A stretch of 64,000 nt of DNA. Source: an uncultured virus (IMG/VR IMGVR_UViG_3300042402_002237) (Duplodnaviria > Heunggongvirae > Uroviricota > Caudoviricetes). The notes beneath the pieces are model-generated. The model was given only the letters and a program-made list of their open reading frames with translations, ran no database searches and was not told where the DNA came from. Below, one piece after another: positions 8,872-17,799 of this stretch (positions are counted from its first letter, which is position 1; every line of letters begins with the position of its first letter). The position numbers and the translations under genes are program-made. The stretch is from IMG/VR virus record IMGVR_UViG_3300042402_002237. One strand, given 5' to 3'.

Positions 8872-8952
8872 GGGGTAGGTATAGTTTCGACGAGGGGCCA
8901 AGGCTGATATGCAACCCAGCGGACCACGGGGCAGTACCGTGCTACTCCACCA
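8872..8952 (+). ncRNA. tmRNA-like RNA reduced to the tRNA-like domain (no tag-coding domain)
   Basis: GGGGTAG/CTACTCC-ACCA acceptor stem with G3:U70, stemless D-loop ending TTCGA-C, GAC variable loop, T-arm CACGG-GGCAGTA-CCGTG. Confidence 0.8.
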
Positions 8953-9060
8953 AACACATGACAACAAAAGACGTCTTCTATTTTGCAACCGTACCAATCG
9001 CTTTGTTTGTAACCTATAAGTTACTACTAGAGCTTTGGTGCATAACTTACGGGATATTTT

Positions 9061-9210
9061 ATGGCAGCTAAACCTGGCCTCTATGCCAACATCCAAAAAA
9101 AGCGTGAACGTATCAAGGCCGGAAGTGGCGAGAAGATGCGCAAACCTGGCGACCCCGGCGCGCCCACATCCAAAGCATTTAAAGACTCTGCAAAGACAGC
9201 TAAAAAATAA
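9061..9210 (+). CDS. small basic phage protein (KPGLYANI..KR.RI)
   Basis: Read by hand, 49 aa; recognisable phage family; stop overlaps the next ATG. Confidence 0.7.
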   Translation: MAAKPGLYANIQKKRERIKAGSGEKMRKPGDPGAPTSKAFKDSAKTAKK

Positions 9211-9599
9211 TGGCAACTAAAAAAGCAAACCCGTCCAAGTACGATCCGGCTATGTGCGATCGCATGATCGAGCTGGGTAAGCTGGGCGCGTCACAGAAGA
9301 TGATCTGGTCTGACCTAAGCATTTCAAAGGGCACCGCAGAGAGCTGGAAAAAGAAGTACCCTGAGTTTGCCGAGGCGCTAGACCTATCCCTGGTCCACGC
9401 ACAGGCGTTCTGGGAGCGTGAGCTACTGGCAAACGTTGACAACAAGGGATACAACAGCCGGTTAGCTGAGATTGCGCTACGTGGCCAGTTCCAGCAAGAC
9501 TACCGAGAGACGCGGGATACTAAGATAGACCTCAAGGCAGAGGTTAAAGTAGACTTCCAAAAAGAGATAGCTAACTTGATTTCCGCCCTAAAGTCCTAA
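9210..9599 (+). CDS. terminase small subunit-like HTH protein
   Basis: PSKYDP..C...IELG..G......W..KYPEFAEA pattern. Confidence 0.6.
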   Translation: MATKKANPSKYDPAMCDRMIELGKLGASQKMIWSDLSISKGTAESWKKKYPEFAEALDLSLVHAQAFWERELLANVDNKGYNSRLAEIALRGQFQQDYRETRDTKIDLKAEVKVDFQKEIANLISALKS

Positions 9600-9627
9600 C
9601 AAAAATAAAGTTGTAGTTTTGACCAAA

Positions 9628-9652
9628 AAAGGCCCTACGGGGCCTTTATTTT
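9628..9652 (+). terminator. rho-independent terminator
   Basis: AAAGGCCC-TACG-GGGCCTTT followed by ATTTT. Confidence 0.6.
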
Positions 9653-9662
9653 TGCATTAGTA
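9653..9662 (+). promoter_or_regulatory. phage promoter, TGCATTAGTA only
   Basis: Exact decamer upstream of the DUF2800 gene. Confidence 0.65.
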
Positions 9663-9694
9663 TATGTACGACTAAAACGAATTGAAAGAATAAG

Positions 9695-10828
9695 ATGACC
9701 GCACACGCTCTTTTATCTGCTTCTGGATCCAAACGATGGCTAACATGTACGCCAAGCGCCAGACTGGAGGCAACACTCCCCGAACCAAAGAAAAATTCAG
9801 ATGCGTTTGATTTTAGCCAGGAGGGCACTACTGCCCACACACTAGCTGAGATAAAGCTCCGCCAACATTTTCAACAAATTGGAACCGAGGAATATGAAAC
9901 AGAATACAACGCCGTTAAAAGCACACCCTACTACAACGACGATTTCGAGGCTAACGTCGATAATTACGTTCTATATGTGCGTAGCCAGATCGGTGAGGGT
10001 GATACCCCGCTCTTTGAGCAACGCGTGGACTTCTCTGACTGGGTCCCTGACGGATTTGGTACGGCCGATGTGGTTATACTTTCTAAGCACACCATTCGCG
10101 TCATCGACCTCAAGTTTGGAAAGGGTGTGCCTGTCTCAGCGATCGATAACACCCAGCTACGACTATATGCGTTGGGTGCTTATGCCAAGTTTAAAGAAGA
10201 GTATCCGGACATCAAAGAGGTATCCTACACGATCCACCAGCCTCGCCTGGACAGTATCAGTACTGACGGCACCACCGTTAATAAACTCGTAGACTGGGCC
10301 AATTACTTTGTAAAACCCAAGGCTAAGAAGGCATGGAGCGGGTCAGGTGAATTTATTCCCGGCGATCATTGTCAGTTCTGTCGTGCGAAGGCACAGTGCC
10401 GCGCCCGCTCTGATTTCAATACAGAGCTAGCAAAACAAGAGTTTAAAGATCCGCCACTGCTAGACGAGGAAGAACTAGCCAACGTATTAGCCAAGGCGCA
10501 GGACCTACGGACCTGGGTCGCGGACGTCGAAGAGTACGCACTCGAGAAGGCAGTTAACGAGAACAAGCTACCGACTGGCTTTAAGTTATCGACCACGGTA
10601 ACGCACCGCAAGATCACGGACCAGCTACTAGCCGTTGAGGTACTAAAAGAAAAGGGCGTGCCAGAAGAACAGCTCTGGGAGTCACCAAAGTTAAAGTCAA
10701 TTGCGACACTAGAGAAGCTAAGACCAAAGGGCCAGGTTGTGGCGTGGTTAGGCGAGCTAGTGCAGCGACCAGAGGGTTCACCCAAATTGGTCCGCGTCCA
10801 AGAGACCGCGTCGGAGGACTTTAAATGA
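9695..10828 (+). CDS. DUF2800 PD-(D/E)XK (Cas4-like) exonuclease
   Basis: HALLSAS..RW..C, EGT.AH, GFGTAD, IDLKFG, QLRLYALG, C.FCRAK..C. Confidence 0.88.
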   Translation: MTAHALLSASGSKRWLTCTPSARLEATLPEPKKNSDAFDFSQEGTTAHTLAEIKLRQHFQQIGTEEYETEYNAVKSTPYYNDDFEANVDNYVLYVRSQIGEGDTPLFEQRVDFSDWVPDGFGTADVVILSKHTIRVIDLKFGKGVPVSAIDNTQLRLYALGAYAKFKEEYPDIKEVSYTIHQPRLDSISTDGTTVNKLVDWANYFVKPKAKKAWSGSGEFIPGDHCQFCRAKAQCRARSDFNTELAKQEFKDPPLLDEEELANVLAKAQDLRTWVADVEEYALEKAVNENKLPTGFKLSTTVTHRKITDQLLAVEVLKEKGVPEEQLWESPKLKSIATLEKLRPKGQVVAWLGELVQRPEGSPKLVRVQETASEDFK

Positions 10829-10969
10829 GTACCTGGCTAATAGCGGCGATGGGCTGCGTGTATTTTATCGTGGCGATTGATCAATTTATGAAGGGCGGCG
10901 TTGGTACGGGCATTATGTTTGTTGGTTACGCAATCGGAAACGTGGGGCTCGTACTGGTCGCAAAATAGC

Positions 10970-11227
10970 ATGAAGATGAAATTTTACAGTGCAGAGTTTG
11001 ATATACCAGAGCTAATGATTGACAAGTACATTAAAGACTTTGACGGATTATCTGGGCGCGGTCTTAGGCAAGAGGTCAATATGCTCCGAGACTCAATCGG
11101 CAGCATACTTGACGTGGTGGCAGAAGACCCCGAGATGCTACACGAGCCAGAGTACTTAGTTGATTTTATCCAGGCAATGGCAATGAAGAAGGCGATGGAG
11201 AAACATGGGATATTCTACGACGCATGA
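10970..11227 (+). CDS. hypothetical protein
   Basis: ORF from ATG 10970. Confidence 0.55.
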   Translation: MKMKFYSAEFDIPELMIDKYIKDFDGLSGRGLRQEVNMLRDSIGSILDVVAEDPEMLHEPEYLVDFIQAMAMKKAMEKHGIFYDA

Positions 11228-11354
11228 AGAGAAGTTATCACAAGAAGAGCTGTCAAAGATCCAAGAGACCCAAGAGCAAACACTTGCGGACTACTATAAA
11301 AGACGGTTGCAATATTGGGATTATCGTATTGTGAAAAATATAAGTGAATAAGTT

Positions 11355-11364
11355 TGCATTAGTA
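11355..11364 (+). promoter_or_regulatory. phage promoter, TGCATTAGTA only
   Basis: Exact decamer upstream of the SSB gene. Confidence 0.65.
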
Positions 11365-11431
11365 TATTTAGTAAAGGGTAGACGAACTGGCCCCTATTGA
11401 AGTCCAGTTCTACAGTTATAAAGGAATCAAC

Positions 11432-11953
11432 ATGGCACAAGCCACTACTAAAGTAAAAGTTGTAACCGGTAAAGTTCGTTTTTCTTATGCGAACGTATTC
11501 CAACCCGCCTCCTCAATCGAGGGTGGCACACCGAAGTACTCTGTATCAATCATCATCCCCAAGTCTGACAAGGACACCATCGCACGTCTTCAGAAAGCAT
11601 TTGAAGACACCAAGGCCGCGGCGTCTGCATACTTTGGTGGCGCGGTACCAAAGAACTTAAAGGGTGGCCTGCGTGACGGTGACGCAGAGAAGGACGACCC
11701 AGCGTACGCTAACAGCTACTTTATCAATGCAAACTCGGCACAAAAGCCTGGCGTTGTTGACGCCGACTTGAACCCGATCATTGACAGCAGCGAGTTTTAT
11801 AGCGGGTGCTATGGTCGCGCATCAATCACGTTCTACCCATACAATGCACAGGGCTCTAAGGGCATCGCATGTGGCTTGAACAACGTCCAGAAGTTAGAAG
11901 ACGGTGAGAAGTTAGGTGGTAGCACAACAGCAGCAGCCGACTTTGCGGTGTAA
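11432..11953 (+). CDS. DUF2815 ssDNA-binding protein (T7 gp2.5-like)
   Basis: VRFSYANVF, PKYSVS, LRDGD, FYSGCYGR, GIACGLNNVQK. Confidence 0.88.
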   Translation: MAQATTKVKVVTGKVRFSYANVFQPASSIEGGTPKYSVSIIIPKSDKDTIARLQKAFEDTKAAASAYFGGAVPKNLKGGLRDGDAEKDDPAYANSYFINANSAQKPGVVDADLNPIIDSSEFYSGCYGRASITFYPYNAQGSKGIACGLNNVQKLEDGEKLGGSTTAAADFAV

Positions 11954-11955
11954 TT

Positions 11956-12153
11956 ATGAGCCCACACGAAGCCGCTTATCGTAGAGGTTACACACACGGA
12001 TATTCCAATGCGTTAGATCACGCATTGGAAATGAAATGTAATCAAAATTCCAAATGGTGGCAATCACTAGCAAAGTTTTTTGATAAAGAAGTAATGGGTT
12101 GGAGATACGATACAAAAAAATTTATTCCGCCCGGTTTTAAAGAAATAGAATAA
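11956..12153 (+). CDS. hypothetical protein
   Basis: ORF (YRRGY.HG motif). Confidence 0.55.
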   Translation: MSPHEAAYRRGYTHGYSNALDHALEMKCNQNSKWWQSLAKFFDKEVMGWRYDTKKFIPPGFKEIE

Positions 12154-12171
12154 TAGTACCTAGTAGTGCGA

Positions 12172-12205
12172 GGGAGTGTCCGTAGAAACTACGGCCTCCC
12201 TTTTT
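12172..12205 (+). terminator. hairpin plus T-run
   Basis: GGGAG..CCGTAG-AAA-CTACGG.CTCCC-TTTTT. Confidence 0.5.
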
Positions 12206-12235
12206 CATCAACCCATATAACATAGAGAACAATAA

Positions 12236-14110
12236 ATGGATCAGTACCAAGAATACATTGCCGCCAGTAGATACGCCCGCTTTCAAGATGACAAGCAACG
12301 CCGAGAGACCTGGGCCGAGACAGTAGATCGCTACGTAGACTACATTTTTACTAGAACACCGGCGATAAAAGATAAGACGGAATTACGAAATGAAATTTTT
12401 GATGCTATCCATAACCTAGATTTGATGCCGTCCATGCGCGCCATGATGACGGCAGGAAAGAGTGCCGATCGTGATAACACCTGTGTCTATAATTGCTCGT
12501 ATCTCCCAGTGGATGACCCCAAATCGTTTGATGAGGCAATGTTCATATTGCTCTGCGGTACAGGAGTCGGGTTTTCGGTGGAGGCTAAATACATATCCAA
12601 TCTGCCAGAAGTGCCTGAAAAACTATTTGACTCCGAGCACACCATCGTCGTCCACGACTCCAAAGAAGGATGGGCAAAATCACTCCGCTTGCTTATTGCA
12701 AATCTCTACGCAGGCGAGATCCCTAAGTGGGACGTCAGCGCCATTAGACCTGCGGGAGCAAGACTCAAAACATTTGGTGGAAGAGCTTCAGGGCCGGAAC
12801 CATTAGTAGACCTGTTTAAGTTTACCGTAGCTACATTTAAACACGCGGCAGGCCGTCGTCTGCATTCGTTAGAGTGCCACGATCTGATGTGTAAAATTGG
12901 TGAGGTAGTTGTCGTGGGTGGCGTGCGTCGCTCCGCAATGATCTCGTTGTCTGACCTTGACGATGAAAGGATCCGTCATGCTAAAGCTGGACCCTGGTGG
13001 GAGACTGCACCTCACCGTGCTCTCGCCAATAATAGCGCGGTGTATAGTGAGACTCCTACCGTTGGAAAGTTTATGGAAGAGTGGCTATCTCTATACAATT
13101 CACACAGCGGAGAGCGTGGTATATTTAACCGTGAGGCTGCCAAGAATACCGTTGCTAAGTACGGACACCGTGATCCTAACTTTGAGTTCGGAACTAACCC
13201 CTGCTCAGAAATTATTCTTCGGCCCTACCAATTTTGTAACCTTACGGAGGCAGTGGTAAGGTATGATGACACTGAAGAAACGCTTCTTAGAAAAGTACGA
13301 ATCGCTTCGATTCTTGGCACAATCCAGGCCACTTTTACAAAGTTTCCGTATCTGCGCAAAGTGTGGCAACGTAACACCGAGGAAGAGAGATTGTTGGGAG
13401 TGTCGCTTACAGGCATTTACGACAACCCTTTACTAACAACACAGGGAGACAAACTAAATGAATTATTATCGAGACTTCGAGAGGAAGCTAGAAGAGCCAA
13501 TGAGGAATACGCAGCTTTGCTCGGAATACCTAAGAGTGCTGCGATCACTTGCGTTAAACCATCCGGAACCGTCAGCCAACTTGTTGATAGCGCATCTGGA
13601 ATACACCCAAGACATAGTGCGTTCTATATCCGCCGAGTTAGAGGAGATAAAAAAGACCCTCTTACACAGTTCTTAATTAGCCAAGGAATCCCAAGTGAAG
13701 ACGATGTTTACAAACCTACTCAGACGACTGTGTTCAGCTTTCCAATCAAAGCCCCCGCAGGAATCACCAGAGCCGATGTCACACCAATCAGCCACCTGGC
13801 CCTTTGGCTCACATATCAGCAGCACTGGTGCGAGCACAAGCCGTCGGTCACGATCTCCGTCGAAGAAAAAGACTGGCCAACAGTCGGCGCGTGGACCTGG
13901 GAAAACTTCAGCGAAATCAGCGGGGTCTCGTACCTCCCGTACGACGGCGGCACCTACCGCCAAGCGCCCTACGAAGAGTGCACCGAAGAAGAGTACAACG
14001 AGCTCAAAGCCAAGGTCCCAACGATCAACTGGAACGAGTTCAAAGAAGTAACAGATAACGTCGAGGGCGCGCAACAGTTAGCATGTAGCGCGGGGTCGTG
14101 TGAGATCTGA
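12236..14110 (+). CDS. nrdJ: class II (B12-dependent, RTPR-like) ribonucleotide reductase
   Basis: YNCSY, GTGVGF, GGVRRSA, GTNPCSEI, TCVKPSGTVS, C-terminal CSAGSCEI; no beta subunit gene. Confidence 0.92.
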   Translation: MDQYQEYIAASRYARFQDDKQRRETWAETVDRYVDYIFTRTPAIKDKTELRNEIFDAIHNLDLMPSMRAMMTAGKSADRDNTCVYNCSYLPVDDPKSFDEAMFILLCGTGVGFSVEAKYISNLPEVPEKLFDSEHTIVVHDSKEGWAKSLRLLIANLYAGEIPKWDVSAIRPAGARLKTFGGRASGPEPLVDLFKFTVATFKHAAGRRLHSLECHDLMCKIGEVVVVGGVRRSAMISLSDLDDERIRHAKAGPWWETAPHRALANNSAVYSETPTVGKFMEEWLSLYNSHSGERGIFNREAAKNTVAKYGHRDPNFEFGTNPCSEIILRPYQFCNLTEAVVRYDDTEETLLRKVRIASILGTIQATFTKFPYLRKVWQRNTEEERLLGVSLTGIYDNPLLTTQGDKLNELLSRLREEARRANEEYAALLGIPKSAAITCVKPSGTVSQLVDSASGIHPRHSAFYIRRVRGDKKDPLTQFLISQGIPSEDDVYKPTQTTVFSFPIKAPAGITRADVTPISHLALWLTYQQHWCEHKPSVTISVEEKDWPTVGAWTWENFSEISGVSYLPYDGGTYRQAPYEECTEEEYNELKAKVPTINWNEFKEVTDNVEGAQQLACSAGSCEI

Positions 14111-14113
14111 TCC

Positions 14114-14302
14114 ATGGATGTGCCCACCTCTGAATCTGATGAACTGGAACCTTTCGTGGATGTGGAAAGTCCCTGCACAGGAATCTGCCAGACAGACCCT
14201 TTCGATGTTTGCAAGGGATGCGGCAGGACACTCGATGAGATATCAAAGTGGACCTTTCTATCAAATCGCGAGAGGCAACAGATAGTTGATCGATTGTTTT
14301 AA
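14114..14302 (+). CDS. DUF1289 Cys-rich protein
   Basis: SPCTGIC...C.GCGRTLDEI..W. Confidence 0.8.
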   Translation: MDVPTSESDELEPFVDVESPCTGICQTDPFDVCKGCGRTLDEISKWTFLSNRERQQIVDRLF

Positions 14303-14321
14303 TTTCACATGGTGGTGATTT

Positions 14322-14347
14322 GGGGAGCTTAGGCTCCCCTCTTTTTT
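14322..14347 (+). terminator. rho-independent terminator
   Basis: GGGGAGC-TTAG-GCTCCCC followed by TCTTTTTT. Confidence 0.65.
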
Positions 14348-14356
14348 GCATTAGTA
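14347..14356 (+). promoter_or_regulatory. phage promoter, TGCATTAGTA only
   Basis: Exact decamer upstream of polA. Confidence 0.65.
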
Positions 14357-14391
14357 TACGTACCGATACGTCGGACAGCCTAAGGAGCGCT

Positions 14392-16305
14392 ATGATTTAT
14401 TCGATTGACTTTGAGACACGCAGTAAGGCCAACCTACCAGACGTAGGCCTTGACATCTACGCCAACGACCCCACAACAGAAGTGTTGTGTATTGCGTTTG
14501 GCACCGCACCCGAGAACGTACAAGTCTTTAAACCAGATGGAGGATTTGGTTTATTGAGGATACTAAACCACGTCCGCAACGGTGGCAAGATCGCCGCCTG
14601 GAACGCCATGTTTGAGTACGCTATCTGGAACTGCGTCTGCGTGCCTAAGTACGGGTGGCCTGCGCTTAAGCTCGAGCAGTGCATCGACACCATGGCCGTA
14701 GCGGCGGCCAATAACATACCACAGAGCTTGGATGACGCCGGCGCCTTTATGGACGCCAAGTACCAGAAAGACCCTATTGGCAAGAGGCTTATTCAAAAGC
14801 TATGCAAGCCCGGTATTAAAGGAACCTTTAATAACGACCCCGAGCTATTAAAGCAGCTCTTTGATTACTGCGCCCAAGACGTACGCACGGAGATGGCCCT
14901 AGGAGCCGTTTTAAGGCCCCTAGAAGACGTCGAACAGGCAGTCTGGACCCTCACCCAGCGGATCAACACACGAGGCGTTCCTGTGGACCCTAGAGAGCTC
15001 CAAAATGCCGTCCTGGCGGTTCGGACGGCCCAGGACACCATAGACCGGGAATGCCTCGAGCTGACCGGCTGTAAGCCAAGCGAGCGGGCCAAACTACTGG
15101 CCTGGCTCAATGAGCAGGGCGCCGGACTGGACGACCTGACCGCCGAGACCGTCTCAAAAATGCTGCAGTGCAGCATTCACACGCGCGTAAAAAAAGCGCT
15201 CGAGCTAAGACAAGATGGTAGCCAAACTAGCGTGGCTAAGTACGCTAAAATGTTGGAGGTGCAACGTGGGGGAAGGATCAGAAATACGCTTGTCTATCAT
15301 GGGGCTAGCACTGGGCGTTGGGCTAGTCGTGGTGGACTTAACCTACAGAATATCGCTCGGCCTACTCTATCCGATGAAGAAATTGAGAGATGTATACCTC
15401 GAGTTTTTGATCAGGCGACTGGTAGCATGGGAGAGCTATCCTCTCTTGTTCGAAGTGGAATCAAGGCGCCGGATGGAAAAACCTTTGTGGACGTTGATTT
15501 CTCGTCTATTGAGAACCGAGTAGGGGTCTGGCTCGCCGGACAAAGAGACAAGGTAGAAATGTTTAGGAAGGGATTAGATGAGTACAAAATGTTCGCCTCC
15601 CAGTCGCTGTACCGAGTCCCGTATGACCAGGTTACAAAGGATCAAAGACAGGTTGCTAAGTCGGCGGTTTTGGGCGCAATGTTTGGTCAAGGCGCTAAGG
15701 GCCTAGTACGGTACGCGGAGGGGATGGGGGTTAAGCTCACCGAGCCACAGGCAAAGAGCGCCGTAGATAACTACCGGGGTTCGTATGTAATGGTCAAGGA
15801 GCTATGGGGAGCGTGCGAGAGCGCGGCGATCCAGGCCGTAGAGAACCCAGGGTCGCCATTCGCAGCGGGCGCTAAGATTATATTGAAGTGCGCGAAGGGT
15901 GCGCTGTGGATGCGCCTACCGAGTGGCAGGCTTATCTGTTGGCAGAGGCCAGAGCTCGAGTTGCTCACCACACCCTGGGGGAGTGAAAAGCTCGGCGTTA
16001 CGGTTCACAGCCAGAACACCTACACCCGGCAGTGGACCCGAAATGCCATCATCGGCAGTAGCATCTTCCAGTCCGCGGTACAGGGTACCGCTCGGGATTT
16101 TCTTGCCGTGGCTATGCTTAACCTTGATAAAGCCGGTTACGAAGTGATTAACAGCGTGCATGATGAAGTTTTACTCCTCGTTGAAGAACAAAACGGGGAG
16201 TCCGCAATGGCCGACGTAATCAAGATAATGACTACGCCACCGTCGTGGGCTCCCGATTTTCCTCTCGCAGCGGAGGGTTGGCACGGCAAGCGCTACCGTA
16301 AGTAA
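14392..16305 (+). CDS. polA: family A DNA polymerase
   Basis: AAGGAG RBS before ATG 14392; IDFET exonuclease motif, TGRW, DFSSIE motif A, RQVAKSAVLG motif B, VHDE motif C. Confidence 0.93.
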   Translation: MIYSIDFETRSKANLPDVGLDIYANDPTTEVLCIAFGTAPENVQVFKPDGGFGLLRILNHVRNGGKIAAWNAMFEYAIWNCVCVPKYGWPALKLEQCIDTMAVAAANNIPQSLDDAGAFMDAKYQKDPIGKRLIQKLCKPGIKGTFNNDPELLKQLFDYCAQDVRTEMALGAVLRPLEDVEQAVWTLTQRINTRGVPVDPRELQNAVLAVRTAQDTIDRECLELTGCKPSERAKLLAWLNEQGAGLDDLTAETVSKMLQCSIHTRVKKALELRQDGSQTSVAKYAKMLEVQRGGRIRNTLVYHGASTGRWASRGGLNLQNIARPTLSDEEIERCIPRVFDQATGSMGELSSLVRSGIKAPDGKTFVDVDFSSIENRVGVWLAGQRDKVEMFRKGLDEYKMFASQSLYRVPYDQVTKDQRQVAKSAVLGAMFGQGAKGLVRYAEGMGVKLTEPQAKSAVDNYRGSYVMVKELWGACESAAIQAVENPGSPFAAGAKIILKCAKGALWMRLPSGRLICWQRPELELLTTPWGSEKLGVTVHSQNTYTRQWTRNAIIGSSIFQSAVQGTARDFLAVAMLNLDKAGYEVINSVHDEVLLLVEEQNGESAMADVIKIMTTPPSWAPDFPLAAEGWHGKRYRK

Positions 16306-17799
16306 TTACTTAGGTATGGAATAGTAGCGGTCTCCAATTTTTACAATCTTGGAGCCGCGCTCTTTCTCAGCCGCCTCGGCCTTGTCAAATGTCTCGTGTG
16401 CCTTGCCTTTGAGCATTACGTAGGCATCTCTTGGCAAATCTCTTAGCATGCGCTCATCGTCCGATGTTGGCGCGACAGATCCCCAGTGCCCTAAATCTTG
16501 TCCGGTACCAGTCGGCCCCATGCCGTACGCCATGGCTGTCTGGTAATCATAACCAGAACCCTCTGGGCTAAACACACTACCACCCTCGGCCTTTTCATCA
16601 AACGGAACAAACCGTGGTAAATCTGCTCGTCCAGAGGCTTCGTTAATTGCCTGGACTTCCTCATCTGTCAAGACGCGATTGACTTTCATCTCACCACCAA
16701 TTAACCAATTACCTTCCATGTTGGGGCTTGTCTTATAACGATAGTGACCACCTAATGGAATCTCATCGGTAATGTGCGCAGTGCTTGGAATTATTTTACC
16801 GGCTTTGTTTAATCTAGCGCGTTGGTTAGCAATATCTTGCCAGTTAACATCGGCTGGCATTTCTACCTCAGCCCATACCTCACCCGGCCTACGGTAGTCT
16901 GGTGCCTTTAATCCAGGTTGTGATTTGCCGCCAATATGAGTGGCAATTGGTAGATCACCAGCGTGCCAACCTGGGCGATATGCAAGCTCACCCAATTTGG
17001 ATTTAACTTTACCGGATGCCGCGACAGGACCAACCTCAGCAGTCACCCATTCATTCATAGGTACGGGTTTGTTTGCGTTAACAAACAACGGGTATAGCGT
17101 CTCTGGGTCGTTCTTTTTTGTTCTAAATAGTTTGTATGCTTTGACAACGTTTTTAGGAACGCCACCACCAGCCAAATGCACTAGACCACCCTGGGCTTTC
17201 ATAAAATCTGGCGAATCGGCCTCTTCGGGGTTGTACTTGGCGAACTTACCACGGATTTTTGATGGATCTAACACGCCAACGTTTTGGTATCCAGACTCGT
17301 TAACGTCAAATGTCTTAATGCCACTCTCGCGTAGGTGCTGTAAAAATGCAGGAGACTCCATGGTGGTCCAGTTAGAGTGTGGGTCTTCTATCCTGGATTT
17401 AAACTGGCGCGCCATCTTGGGATCGTCGGCATATTTCTTAGCCACGTAGGCCTCGATTAATAGGCGACCTTCTGGTGACATTGGATCAAAATGATTTGTC
17501 ATGTCCACGCTAACTGGATACATCGTGGAGCCTTTATTGTAACTACCAAGCGGGATTGCCTCGCCGGTCTTTAGGCTAATGTATGGCCCCTTACCTGCGG
17601 TAAAACTATCGGCAAACTTAGGGCTCTTGGTTACAAATGTAACACCAGGCGTAACAAAGTCAACATCGCGCACGGTTGACTTCATTGGGTCAAATGCTTT
17701 GATATTTGGGTTTGGGCTGCCGTGATAAAATCCGGTGGTAAACCTTTTCTTAAACTCCTCGATCGCAGCCTTCATCTGTGCAGGTGTCAGCTTTGGCAT
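16306..17799 (-). CDS. multidomain internal/ejected protein with N-terminal ART-PolyVal-like domain
   Basis: FYHGS...FD...GVTFVTKSPKFA...YPV (ART-like); second domain KAYKLF..LYPLFV..LAYRPGWH; domains separated by xxGG motifs. Confidence 0.55.
   Translation of the reverse strand: MPKLTPAQMKAAIEEFKKRFTTGFYHGSPNPNIKAFDPMKSTVRDVDFVTPGVTFVTKSPKFADSFTAGKGPYISLKTGEAIPLGSYNKGSTMYPVSVDMTNHFDPMSPEGRLLIEAYVAKKYADDPKMARQFKSRIEDPHSNWTTMESPAFLQHLRESGIKTFDVNESGYQNVGVLDPSKIRGKFAKYNPEEADSPDFMKAQGGLVHLAGGGVPKNVVKAYKLFRTKKNDPETLYPLFVNANKPVPMNEWVTAEVGPVAASGKVKSKLGELAYRPGWHAGDLPIATHIGGKSQPGLKAPDYRRPGEVWAEVEMPADVNWQDIANQRARLNKAGKIIPSTAHITDEIPLGGHYRYKTSPNMEGNWLIGGEMKVNRVLTDEEVQAINEASGRADLPRFVPFDEKAEGGSVFSPEGSGYDYQTAMAYGMGPTGTGQDLGHWGSVAPTSDDERMLRDLPRDAYVMLKGKAHETFDKAEAAEKERGSKIVKIGDRYYSIPK

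Noticed and set aside
8872..8952. Canonical tRNA-Ala
   Set aside because: No D-stem, no regular anticodon arm and no TTC in the T-loop; the features match the tmRNA tRNA-like domain instead.
8823..9071. 82-aa ORF over the ncRNA
   Set aside because: TTG start without RBS, crossing a hairpin and the tmRNA-like RNA. Only the part from ATG 8958 may be a real small gene.
12236..16305. Introns or inteins in nrdJ and polA
   Set aside because: Both ORFs are continuous and of normal length.
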